Positions 1 to 8,901 of a DNA stretch of 64,000 bases are shown piece by piece. The notes under the pieces are model-generated. The model saw only the letters and a list, made by a program, of their open reading frames with translations. It searched no databases and was not told where the DNA came from. This stretch comes from an uncultured candidate division Zixibacteria bacterium. Its GTDB lineage: Bacteria; Zixibacteria; MSB-5A5; GN15; FEB-12. The stretch's first letter is position 1; each line of letters opens with the position of its first letter. The translations under genes and the position numbers were made by a program. The stretch spans positions 3,648,001 to 3,712,000 of the forward strand of contig OY760907.1 in assembly GCA_963664195.1 (NCBI GenBank), read 5' to 3'.

Positions 1-2139
1 CCAGCCCTCTTGAGTAGTGGCACCGTCAGTGCCGAACCGGAACATGAGCTGCACAACACCGGAGTACGCCGACAGGTCGAATGTCTCGGTCGACCAATCG
101 ACCGTCCCCGAATAACAGGGTGTTCCAGGAGCAAACGAGCTGGCTGGATTGTCGATAATCGTGTACGGATAGCCGCCGACAGGGTGAATCTGGCTCCATT
201 GGCCGTCAGTACCTGCGATCATTAGAATACCACCATCCCAGGCTGTACTGCCCGTGCCGACCTCGGCATCGATCCAATGCTCGAAAGTCAGACGTGCATT
301 TGCGGGAAGCAGGAAGGGTGGAGTCATGAGGCCACCGTCAGACAGATCAACATAGTCCCCCAATCCCTGACTGCCGGACTTCCACGATGACGAACCGCTG
401 AAAGCTCGTGCAGTGCTCAGATGCCACTCATCAGAATATGCCTGCAGCACTGACCGATGCCTCCAGAAACCCTCGCCGGATTCCATTTCATCGGAAAAGC
501 CGCGCTGGTTGCCGACGAACAGGAGAACTGAATCGGTCGTCTGATAACCGCCGTCGGCGCTCAGTACGAGTTCAAACACGGCAATATGAGGATCGGGACA
601 ACCGGCATCTATCGTAAAAACAAACGGCGCATCCGAGCCGGCCTGCTCTCCCCACAGAATCGGCGACCCGAAAGTCGCCTCCGCAGTTCCAAATGTAATG
701 AACGGATCGTTGGTGACCAGATTCCCGGAAACAGAGCCGGCGTCCCATCCGTCGTTCTGGACCGTCATCGACAATTCGACGGTCTCGCCCGGCTGGGCGT
801 ACCCGTTGCCATCAACCGAGAACCCCAATACAGATAGGACAGGTTCAGTCTGCGGGACAATGTGGGTAATCATAAACTCTTCGTCGGCCGGACAGATATC
901 CCCCTCAATCCACCCGCAATAGAGACTGTCGAGCACAAACCAGGCGTTGAAATTGCCGCCCCAGCCGTAATTCATGTGGTATTCGTACAGCTCCCCGGAC
1001 TGACGATACCCGTCGGCCACGATTGAATGCAGATTGATCCGGTACTGGGCCGGCCGACCGTTGTCCACTTCCTCACGGATCAGATCAAACCATTCGGTCA
1101 GCGTGTAGTCGTTTCGGTCAACTCTGGTAACGGACTGACTGTACTTGAAGAATTCCGGCAGGATATTGACCGCACGGCCAACAGAGGCGCCGGAGCCGCA
1201 GAAACCATAGTCCATGGCGAAGGCAACGCCCACCTCGTAGCTCAACTCAGCCAGGGCAGCTTCCTGCGCAGCAGTACAGCCGCCATCGCAGGAATCGATA
1301 ATGTTGTCCCAGTCATATGCGTCGGAGAAATCAGCCGAAAGGTATTCGGAAACAGGAATCCCCTCACAGGAATTGTCTCCGTCCCAGGTGTAAGCATAGC
1401 TGCCGATACCGGAGGGGGGCCATTGCCAGAAATTCATGATCTGCACTAATGCCGTAGCCACACAACCCACCACGGTGCGCCCACCATCCCCCATAGGGCA
1501 CAAGTCATTGTAAGGCGCGCCCTGATGCCAGCTTGAAGTCAGCAAGGGGCCCGCCTCCACATCTTTCACGGACTTGCGCAGTGCCAGATCGTTGAGGAAT
1601 TCGTCTGAGGATTTGGTCATTTGATCCCATACGAGGCGTTGACCGTGCCCGAAGAGGGCTGGCCCGATAGCGGGCTGAACGGCCTCGAGCGAGCCGTATT
1701 CTTTGGCAAACAGGGACATCCGACTGGACAGCGATTCTCGAAGCAGGAGCAGGAATCCGCCCTCCTGGAGATCATCAAGAGCAGACTCATCGGAATAAGC
1801 CTTGACCGGCACCATTTCTTTGAGAGTCGGAACCACCACAAAACCACCGGAGGAAATCGTATATACCCTCGCCAGCAACGTGTCACCGGAAGTAATCTCA
1901 TCGACCTGAACAATATCAGGGTCTGTATCTCCGGCCCAAACGCCCCGTTCGTACACGTGCTGCATCATCCAGTTACGACAAACCTGCTCCATTTCGGCGT
2001 CTGTCGCCAGTTCAGCCTGCACCAACGGCGCGAGCAATACGGGAGACAGAAAAGCCAGCAACAACAGGGCGGCAATTGGCGATACAAACCGAAAAAGAGC
2101 TACCGGTTTGAGCGAATTGTATGGCATGGTCTGATGCAT
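1..2139 (-). CDS. Secreted C10 (streptopain-like) cysteine peptidase with C-terminal extension; 3' end lies outside the window
   Basis: Absent from the ORF track, presumably because no stop falls in the window. Manual translation from ATG 2139 (AGGAG upstream) gives a signal peptide, then WHQGAPYN, VGCVATA (catalytic Cys), HSIVADGY (catalytic His) and HMNYGWG in the same frame. Confidence 0.85.
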   Translation of the reverse strand, partial: MHQTMPYNSLKPVALFRFVSPIAALLLLAFLSPVLLAPLVQAELATDAEMEQVCRNWMMQHVYERGVWAGDTDPDIVQVDEITSGDTLLARVYTISSGGFVVVPTLKEMVPVKAYSDESALDDLQEGGFLLLLRESLSSRMSLFAKEYGSLEAVQPAIGPALFGHGQRLVWDQMTKSSDEFLNDLALRKSVKDVEAGPLLTSSWHQGAPYNDLCPMGDGGRTVVGCVATALVQIMNFWQWPPSGIGSYAYTWDGDNSCEGIPVSEYLSADFSDAYDWDNIIDSCDGGCTAAQEAALAELSYEVGVAFAMDYGFCGSGASVGRAVNILPEFFKYSQSVTRVDRNDYTLTEWFDLIREEVDNGRPAQYRINLHSIVADGYRQSGELYEYHMNYGWGGNFNAWFVLDSLYCGWIEGDICPADEEFMITHIVPQTEPVLSVLGFSVDGNGYAQPGETVELSMTVQNDGWDAGSVSGNLVTNDPFITFGTAEATFGSPILWGEQAGSDAPFVFTIDAGCPDPHIAVFELVLSADGGYQTTDSVLLFVGNQRGFSDEMESGEGFWRHRSVLQAYSDEWHLSTARAFSGSSSWKSGSQGLGDYVDLSDGGLMTPPFLLPANARLTFEHWIDAEVGTGSTAWDGGILMIAGTDGQWSQIHPVGGYPYTIIDNPASSFAPGTPCYSGTVDWSTETFDLSAYSGVVQLMFRFGTDGATTQEGW

Positions 2140-2366
2140 AATTAACTCTCCTGAGATTGTCCTTTGGGGGGTATTGTCGGAACCTGGGTCCCGAGGCATG
2201 TCCTTCTTTTCAATATAGTGCAAAAACACGGTTTTCCATGAGAAAAACGTGTCCTGGTGCTTATATAGTTGACGCTGGAGGTCTGCTAGTTGTTTAGCAG
2301 TAGTTCGTGTTGACCGTTGAAAGTGACTATTCAAACAGAGGGATTGAGCAGCGGGCAAAAAAAAAG

Positions 2367-2438
<72 letters not shown>

Positions 2439-2443
2439 CAGAA

Positions 2444-2521
<78 letters not shown>

Positions 2522-2556
2522 CTAATCTATCATGTCTCCCTCAAGCGAGGGACTTC

Positions 2557-2584
2557 AATATATATCGCGATTCGGTCTTGTCAA
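2557..2584 (-). promoter_or_regulatory. sigma70-type promoter for the tRNA pair
   Basis: TTGACA-N16-TATATT on the minus strand, about 35 bp upstream of tRNA-Gly. Confidence 0.6.
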
Positions 2585-2674
2585 TAGAATTTGCATCGAC
2601 AGTTTTGTTTTTTGAATTAACCTAATCGACTCAGGCTCACACGATTCTGCGAGACCAACAATCCCCTGCTGCGC

Positions 2675-4150
2675 CTACTCAGCAACTACGGAATCGTAGA
2701 GCGCAGAGTACCTCGACGCCGAACTCGTCCACGAATAATCCTGCCGCATCCCGGCCTTCAGCAGTTTCACCCATAGTTGACGCCGCTTGAACAATTCAAC
2801 CGCCCGTTCCAGACCCTCAACAAACGCTTCTGCAGTATACTCCTCAAAGACAAACCCGGTACCCGTGCCCGAATCAGCATCATAGTCAACGACCGTGTCG
2901 GCCAAACCGCCAACCTTGCGCACCACCGGAACGGTACCGTACTTGAGAGCATACAGTTGATTAAGCCCACACGGTTCATACTTCGAGGGCATCAAATATA
3001 TATCAGATCCAGCCACTATAGAATGCGCCAGCTCATCGTTGAACTCAAGATAGACTTTCAGACGGTCAGGGTACTCGGCCTCAAGCTCCTTGAGAGCTTT
3101 GTGATACTCTTCGTCGCCGGTGCCGAGAATAATAAGCTGAAGACTCATGTCAAATACATCTTCCGCGGCCTCGACCAGCAGGTCGACGCCCTTCTGCGAG
3201 GTCAGCCTCGTTACCATACCGACCAGCGGCACTTTGTCCCGAATCGGCAAGCCGGCCTTGCCCATCAATTCCACTTTGCAGGTTCTTTTCCCCGACAGAT
3301 TGGAGAGATTGAATTTCGACGGTGTCTTTTTGTCTTTCTGCGGCGACCACAGGGTGTAATCAACTCCGTTGATGATGCCAGTCAGGTCTTCACTCCGGTC
3401 CGACAACACACCTTCGAGGCCACAGCCGAACTCATCATCGGACTGAATCTCCTCGGCATACTGTTCCGATACCGTGGTCACTTTGTCCGCCAGCATCACT
3501 CCGCCCTTGAGGAAATTAGTCTTCTCGTAAAACTCAAGCGCGCCCGTCATGGCATACATCAGCTCTTCCGGCAGGCCCAGCTTCTCAAACCGTTCCGCCT
3601 CGAACAGCCCCTGATAGCCAAGATTGTGAATCGTGAACACAGTCTTACAGTCGGCGAAAAACGGATCATCCTTGTACACGGACTTGAGGAGCACGACGAT
3701 TAGTGCCGCCTGCCAGTCATGGGCATGGATAACGTCCGGACGCCAATTGATGGCCTTCATTGCCTGCAGAGCAGCCCTGGCAAAAAACGCAAAACGGAGA
3801 TCATTGTCGACATAGTCATCACCGGTCTTCGGATCGATATAGAACTCGGGCCGCCCAAAAAACGCCTGATTGTCAACAAACAGATACTCGGCGCCATTCT
3901 TGGCGACCTCGGCTCGCTCAAGCATGGTCGAAACGACATTGCCGTCAATCTTCACCGCAAAAGGCTTCCCGTATCTTGAGATACCGAACCGCTTGCGATC
4001 AATTGTCCCGTAGCCGGGCACTACCACTTTGACTTGATGCCCCTGCCTCGCCAGCTCGCCCGGCAACGCCCCAAGGACATCGCCCAGACCGCCCGTACGG
4101 GCATAAGGACCCGCCTCGGATGAAACCATCAGGATTTTATGAAATGCCAT
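2675..4150 (-). CDS. glgA: Glycogen synthase (GT5)
   Basis: RTGGLGDV, HAHDWQ, TIHNLGYQG and PSKYEPCGLNQLYA motifs; 491 aa. Confidence 0.95.
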   Translation of the reverse strand: MAFHKILMVSSEAGPYARTGGLGDVLGALPGELARQGHQVKVVVPGYGTIDRKRFGISRYGKPFAVKIDGNVVSTMLERAEVAKNGAEYLFVDNQAFFGRPEFYIDPKTGDDYVDNDLRFAFFARAALQAMKAINWRPDVIHAHDWQAALIVVLLKSVYKDDPFFADCKTVFTIHNLGYQGLFEAERFEKLGLPEELMYAMTGALEFYEKTNFLKGGVMLADKVTTVSEQYAEEIQSDDEFGCGLEGVLSDRSEDLTGIINGVDYTLWSPQKDKKTPSKFNLSNLSGKRTCKVELMGKAGLPIRDKVPLVGMVTRLTSQKGVDLLVEAAEDVFDMSLQLIILGTGDEEYHKALKELEAEYPDRLKVYLEFNDELAHSIVAGSDIYLMPSKYEPCGLNQLYALKYGTVPVVRKVGGLADTVVDYDADSGTGTGFVFEEYTAEAFVEGLERAVELFKRRQLWVKLLKAGMRQDYSWTSSASRYSALYDSVVAE

Positions 4151-4154
4151 AGAT

Positions 4155-5192
4155 CTATCTTGCCACGCCCGGGGTTTTGCTGGATCGGTACTCGGAAGTA
4201 TCGATATTCCGAAGGAAATCGGCTGCTACTTCGGGCGCTGTCGGATTGATATAAAAACCAGACCCCCACTCGAATCCCGCCACCTTAGTCAATTTGGGAA
4301 TGATCTCCAGATGCCAGTGATAGTATTCGTGATGCTCGGTTCCCAGAGGGCGTGAATGCAGAATGTAATTAAAAGGAGGATTGTTCAGGGCCAGCTTGAT
4401 CCGCAACAACGTATCTTTCAGAGCTTTCGCCAACGTCAGGAACTCGACATCGGACATCTCCAGATAGCTCGACTGGTGTGATTTCGGGATAATCCAGGCC
4501 TCGAACGGAAATCTGGCCGCAAACGGCTCAAAGGCCACAAAAGCGTCATGATCCTTGATAATCCGCTCGTCATCGGTGATTTCCTGCCGGACGATATCGC
4601 AAAATATGCAGCGTTCTTTGAAATCGAAATACTTCCGCGCACCCTCGATCTGTTCTTCGACTCTTCGCGGCACAATCGGCGTCGCGATCAACTGACTGTG
4701 GGCATGTTCAAGAGATGCCCCGGCTTCCTCGCCGTGGTTCTTGAAGATCAGAATGTACTTGAACCGCATATCCCGCTCAAGGTCTGCCATCCGCTCACGA
4801 TACGCCCAGAGAACGTCGCGCACCTCGTGATCACTCATGTCAACCAGATCACGGTTGTGATCCGGGGTCTCGATGAACACTTCGTGAGCCCCGATGCCGT
4901 TCATCCGGTCATAGATACCTTGCGGTTGGCGATCCAGCTCGCCCTCGACTTTCAGCGCCGGGTATTTGTTGGAAATCACGCGAAGACGCCAGCCGGGACG
5001 GTTCGGCTCTGATCCGGGCTGACGGTACGCCAGAACCTCTGGCGGTGTTGCGTCCTCATTGCCCGGACAGAAAGGACAGCGGGCAGCTCCCTGGGCGCGG
5101 GTAACGGCAGCAAACGAGGAAGGACGCTTCCCCCGTTCAGTCGATATGATAACCCACCGGCCGGTGATGGGGTCTTTTCTCAGCTCTGGCAC
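4155..5192 (-). CDS. galT: Galactose-1-phosphate uridylyltransferase (GalT-like HIT family)
   Basis: ELRKDP N-terminus, CPFCPGNE, GASLEHAHSQ (HxHxQ), HWHLEI, AGFEWGSG. Confidence 0.9.
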   Translation of the reverse strand: MPELRKDPITGRWVIISTERGKRPSSFAAVTRAQGAARCPFCPGNEDATPPEVLAYRQPGSEPNRPGWRLRVISNKYPALKVEGELDRQPQGIYDRMNGIGAHEVFIETPDHNRDLVDMSDHEVRDVLWAYRERMADLERDMRFKYILIFKNHGEEAGASLEHAHSQLIATPIVPRRVEEQIEGARKYFDFKERCIFCDIVRQEITDDERIIKDHDAFVAFEPFAARFPFEAWIIPKSHQSSYLEMSDVEFLTLAKALKDTLLRIKLALNNPPFNYILHSRPLGTEHHEYYHWHLEIIPKLTKVAGFEWGSGFYINPTAPEVAADFLRNIDTSEYRSSKTPGVAR

Positions 5193-5255
5193 ATTTTCCT
5201 CCGTCGGTTACCCAAACATAAACCGGACCGCATACCGTGTCAACAGTCAGATAGA

Positions 5256-6542
5256 CTACTCCGCAGGTTGAAATCTCAGTACTCCCTTGTCCGGACTCTG
5301 GCCGTCGGCAACGATTTGCAGTGCCTGCTCCTCGCTGGAGGACAACTTGACGTCACGCCGTTCGGCTGTACGGCGAGCGGTCTCAATCGCCTTGTCAAAA
5401 CGGTAGTCCTGGTAGCCGTCTGAGTTTCCCCACTGGAACGAGCCTACTTCCTTGTCAACGATCAGACCACCGCCAAACAGGTTGCAGCAGAGTCCGATGT
5501 TTATACCGGTATTCAACAGCGTGCCAATGCCGAACTTGGTGTGATCGCCGATAAACGATCCGACCTTGATCGAACCGGTGTCCAGGGACTCGCCGTTAAG
5601 TGTGACGCGTATGTTCGAGTAGTTGTTCTTCAGATCTGAATTGGTTGTCATGGCGCCGAAATTCACCCAGGAGCCCACGTAGCTGTGCCCGATGAATCCG
5701 GCGTGATACTTGTTCACATAAGAGTGGAAGATCGACTCCTCGACTTCTCCCCCGACACGACAGGTATGCCCAATTGACGACGCTTCCACTTTGCCGGCGA
5801 CGACGACAGAATTCGGTCCGACGTATGTCGGACCATAAATTGCCGCCTGCGGCTCAACTCTCGTATTGGCGCCTATATAAACTGGTCCGTGAGAAGCGTC
5901 GATCAACGCACCCGGTTTGACCTCGGCACCCGTTCCGAGAAAGATATCATCTCGATTGACGAGAATGCTGCCTTCATGCAGTCGAACCTGTTCCGAGGTT
6001 GGGAAATCGCGCCGGAGAAACTCGAAATCATCTCTGATCTCACGGTCGATATCGCCCATGATCTCCCAGCAGTGATGGTACAGCGTGGCCGTCGTATCGA
6101 AGTCCGGGATTTCTTCGGCATGTTCGACGTACGCCTTGACGTAGTCGAGCGGTGTAGCCATCGCCGGGACCTCCGAAGCAATCGACCGCTGAAACAGTAT
6201 GGCAACGGTCTGACCTTTGTTCCGATAAATGGTCGAAAGGCGTGCCTCGCTTACGAGTCTCGGAAGATCCCCGTAGTTACGAATACGCCCGTTGATAAAC
6301 AGGACATCGTCTTCCTTCTCGCGCTTGACGATATTCACCGGCAATTCAGTCGGTTCGGCGGCCACCAAGGACGCCAGATGCTCTCTCGCACCGAGATAGA
6401 GGCTGGCATCCTTGAAGTATCGGTCGGCGCGCCGGTACAGCGGCACAATACCTGCACGCATGCAATGCACCGGGCGAAGGTGCGTGATCGGATAGAACTG
6501 CTCGAACTTGTCGTCTTCATAAACACAGATTCTGAGGGACAT
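5256..6542 (-). CDS. Putative sugar nucleotidyltransferase with left-handed beta-helix (GlmU-like)
   Basis: FYPITHLRPV...RAGI N-terminus, hexapeptide repeats, HAGFIGHSYVGSWVNFGA. Start moved to MSLRIC (6542), which follows an AGGAGG RBS. Confidence 0.8.
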   Translation of the reverse strand: MSLRICVYEDDKFEQFYPITHLRPVHCMRAGIVPLYRRADRYFKDASLYLGAREHLASLVAAEPTELPVNIVKREKEDDVLFINGRIRNYGDLPRLVSEARLSTIYRNKGQTVAILFQRSIASEVPAMATPLDYVKAYVEHAEEIPDFDTTATLYHHCWEIMGDIDREIRDDFEFLRRDFPTSEQVRLHEGSILVNRDDIFLGTGAEVKPGALIDASHGPVYIGANTRVEPQAAIYGPTYVGPNSVVVAGKVEASSIGHTCRVGGEVEESIFHSYVNKYHAGFIGHSYVGSWVNFGAMTTNSDLKNNYSNIRVTLNGESLDTGSIKVGSFIGDHTKFGIGTLLNTGINIGLCCNLFGGGLIVDKEVGSFQWGNSDGYQDYRFDKAIETARRTAERRDVKLSSSEEQALQIVADGQSPDKGVLRFQPAE

Positions 6543-6585
6543 CCTGCCTCCTGAAGAGTTTTCCGCATAGGTGGGTCTAGTCCTG

Positions 6586-6612
6586 TTATCGGCTGACAGC
6601 GCCGCTCGATTA
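6586..6612 (-). promoter_or_regulatory. sigma28-like promoter
   Basis: TAAT-N15-GCCGATAA upstream of the nucleotidyltransferase. Confidence 0.45.
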
Positions 6613-7173
6613 GCGCCGAACGCGCCAGCGTATCGCCAACTCATCGGCGGCCTTCCGCCCGGAGAGATGCTCGGTCAGTTGCAGGGCAAACCGCAGAGCT
6701 GCTCCAGGGCCACGTCCGGTGACAATGTTGTCGTCGACCGTAACCTCTTCGTCAGTGACGATAGCACCACCGGCTTTCAGTTTGTCATTGAATCCGGGAT
6801 CACCTGTTGCCCGACGGCCTTCGAGTATGTCAGCCGCCCCCGCCAGTACACATCCCGGTGAGGCGCAAATGGCCGCCACCAGCCGACGATCTTCGTAATG
6901 CCGCCGGACGATCTCCACTACTCGTTTATCATCTGCCAGCGCTTGAGCATTCAGCGCGCCGCCGGGTAACACAACACAATCGAACATCTGGTCCCCGACC
7001 TCGTCAAAAGTTGCATCGGGCAAGATAGTCGATCCATACGCCCCACGGATAGCACCTTGCTCCCGTGCTGCCACTGTCACCTTAACCCCGACTCGATTTA
7101 GTATGTCAACCGGCGTCACAGCCTCGATATCCTCGACGCCGTCGGCCATGATAATCAGCGCTGTCTTGCTCAT
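6610..7173 (-). CDS. DJ-1/PfpI (YajL/ThiJ) family protein
   Basis: ADGVEDIEAV, LPGG, AAICASP (catalytic Cys), TGRGPG. Likely start MSKTAL at 7173. Confidence 0.9.
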   Translation of the reverse strand: MSKTALIIMADGVEDIEAVTPVDILNRVGVKVTVAAREQGAIRGAYGSTILPDATFDEVGDQMFDCVVLPGGALNAQALADDKRVVEIVRRHYEDRRLVAAICASPGCVLAGAADILEGRRATGDPGFNDKLKAGGAIVTDEEVTVDDNIVTGRGPGAALRFALQLTEHLSGRKAADELAIRWRVRR

Positions 7174-7260
7174 TGAGAACTCCGTCGAGCGATTATCTCT
7201 CAGTATTCCCTGCACAACTCAGACCACATGCTGCTCGGGACCTGGCATGCGACCCTCAGT

Positions 7261-7767
7261 TCACTCAAACAAGCCTTTGCGCCGACGCAACAACAGTAGT
7301 AGAGGCAGGCCAAGTAGATAGCAGGCAATCAACTGCCCAACACCAATCCACTGTACGGCAAGCCAGTAGTTCACGCCGATTATCGGTGCAAGATACGCGG
7401 AGACGCCAAACGCATTCAGTAACACCGGCGGCAGGGGAGCAAGGAAAAGCCCCAGACTATCGGGCTTCGCCAATCGGCTTTGAGAAAGATGATAGACCGC
7501 CCGTGTGAGAATGGCGGCCACCAACGTGATCAGGGATCCGAATACTATATCCTGCCAGCCGTTTCCTCCAAAGATGTTGGCCAGCATACAGCCAATAAAG
7601 AGACCCGGGATCGAAGCCCGGGTCAAAAACGGTAGAATGGTCAGCGCCTCGGCCACCCTGATCTGGTAGACACCAAACGATATCGGCGCCAGTGTCAACG
7701 TCAGGACGGCATACAGCGCGGCAACAAGTCCCGCCAGCGCAATATCTTTTAAGCTAAATGATTTCAC
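7261..7767 (-). CDS. queT: QueT family (queuosine precursor) membrane transporter
   Basis: AALYAVLT...PISFGVYQIRVAEALTILP...PGLFIGCMLAN signature. Confidence 0.85.
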   Translation of the reverse strand: MKSFSLKDIALAGLVAALYAVLTLTLAPISFGVYQIRVAEALTILPFLTRASIPGLFIGCMLANIFGGNGWQDIVFGSLITLVAAILTRAVYHLSQSRLAKPDSLGLFLAPLPPVLLNAFGVSAYLAPIIGVNYWLAVQWIGVGQLIACYLLGLPLLLLLRRRKGLFE

Positions 7768-7798
7768 TTAGCCACGAAAGTCGCCCCGGCGGGCCAAG

Positions 7799-8485
7799 TC
7801 AAACAGTTTTTTCCAGCGATTCCCTCTCCCCGGTTGCGATAGGCTCAGTCTCCAATCTCCGATCCATCGCAACATCCAGCTCGAGAACTTCGGCCAGACT
7901 CACCACTTCCGTACTCTCCGAGGCTGCCTCGGAGACGACAAGACCCACCCCGTGCGAGTCAATCTTGATCGCACGGGGTCGATACACACGACGCTCATTG
8001 AGCGCGTCTGCAGTCTTGATCACCACCAGTTGAGAGTTAACTCTTGCACGGCTGAACCGCTCAAGGTTATCGCTCTCGCTGGTATTCCCCCCGTCATCGG
8101 TCGCCGGCTCCGCCTGGAAGAAGCTGGCTCTACGGTCTCCGGGTTGCCCCCTCTGCTCCTCGTCTATTTTCTTGCTGATGCGCCCCAGCCGTTCGACAAA
8201 GAACGGGTACTTCATCAACGGATTGTGCGCGAGACAATACGCAACGATCTCTTTGTCGTCGATGTCACACCCGTTGGTGATCCCGGCGCCGGTGCCTCCT
8301 GCCCCACCACTGTCCGATGGATAACTCGGCATGTCCAACTTTGATAATGTGTTCAAGTAGCGATAGATAGTCCGCTGCGAGACTCCGCACGCGTCCGCCA
8401 TGTCGCGAACCGACACTACCTGCCGGTTCCTGATCAAACTGACCAATTGCATCAACCGTTCAACCTTAGCCATAGATGCCCCCAT
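7799..8485 (-). CDS. wHTH regulator with degenerate WYL-like C-terminal region
   Basis: N-terminal ERLMQLVSLI...MADACGVSQRTIYRYLNTL resembles the YafY HTH. The C-terminus lacks recognisable WYL, RxFRxDR and WCX motifs. Confidence 0.7.
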   Translation of the reverse strand: MGASMAKVERLMQLVSLIRNRQVVSVRDMADACGVSQRTIYRYLNTLSKLDMPSYPSDSGGAGGTGAGITNGCDIDDKEIVAYCLAHNPLMKYPFFVERLGRISKKIDEEQRGQPGDRRASFFQAEPATDDGGNTSESDNLERFSRARVNSQLVVIKTADALNERRVYRPRAIKIDSHGVGLVVSEAASESTEVVSLAEVLELDVAMDRRLETEPIATGERESLEKTV

Positions 8486-8519
8486 GAGCTTCGCAAAACG
8501 TTTATTAAGTTCTTCTTGT

Positions 8520-8900
8520 TGTCAGTCTATCGGATGACCAAACCCGGCGCCAGGCGACAGTGAATTGTCTGCCGGGTCATTTTTCTTCTCTGTCTGTCGT
8601 GTGAATCGACTGTCACCCTGCCCCCCGGCGTCAGGGTGATTCAACCTGAGATGACAAAAAGCCACACGTTTCCCGTGACAGACCACAGAAGTTGTCATCG
8701 TACGCTGTCACACAGTGTCACTGCAACAGCCGCTGTCACACACCCTGTCACTCCAAGACAGTTTTTGACCGTGTGACGACTACTGTCAATACGTACGATC
8801 TCTCAGGTGTGTGTGAAAAAAGATATCCCTCCATTGTCAGGCCACGGGAGAATGATGAGATCGCATGCAACCGGGCGTGTGACAAATGCAGACAAGGACA
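8520..8900. repeat. Dense array of TGTCA/TGACA motifs with direct and inverted repeats (candidate operator array or structured RNA)
   Basis: 12 exact TGTCA/TGACA copies counted by eye in about 380 bp; direct repeat CGCTGTCACACA at 8703 and 8731; several hairpins. Confidence 0.7.
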
Positions 8901-8901
8901 T

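Noticed and set aside
2777..3703. 308-aa plus-strand ORF, and similarly 9058..9999 (+) and 32740..33693 (-)
   Set aside because: These lie opposite well-supported genes and have no independent coding signal.
7768..7798. preQ1 riboswitch expected upstream of queT
   Set aside because: The gap is only 31 bp and shows no recognisable preQ1 aptamer.
8527..8554. sigma28-like promoter before the degenerate WYL gene (TCCGATAG)
   Set aside because: Mismatched -10 and no plausible -35 at 15-16 bp, so it was not counted in the regulon.
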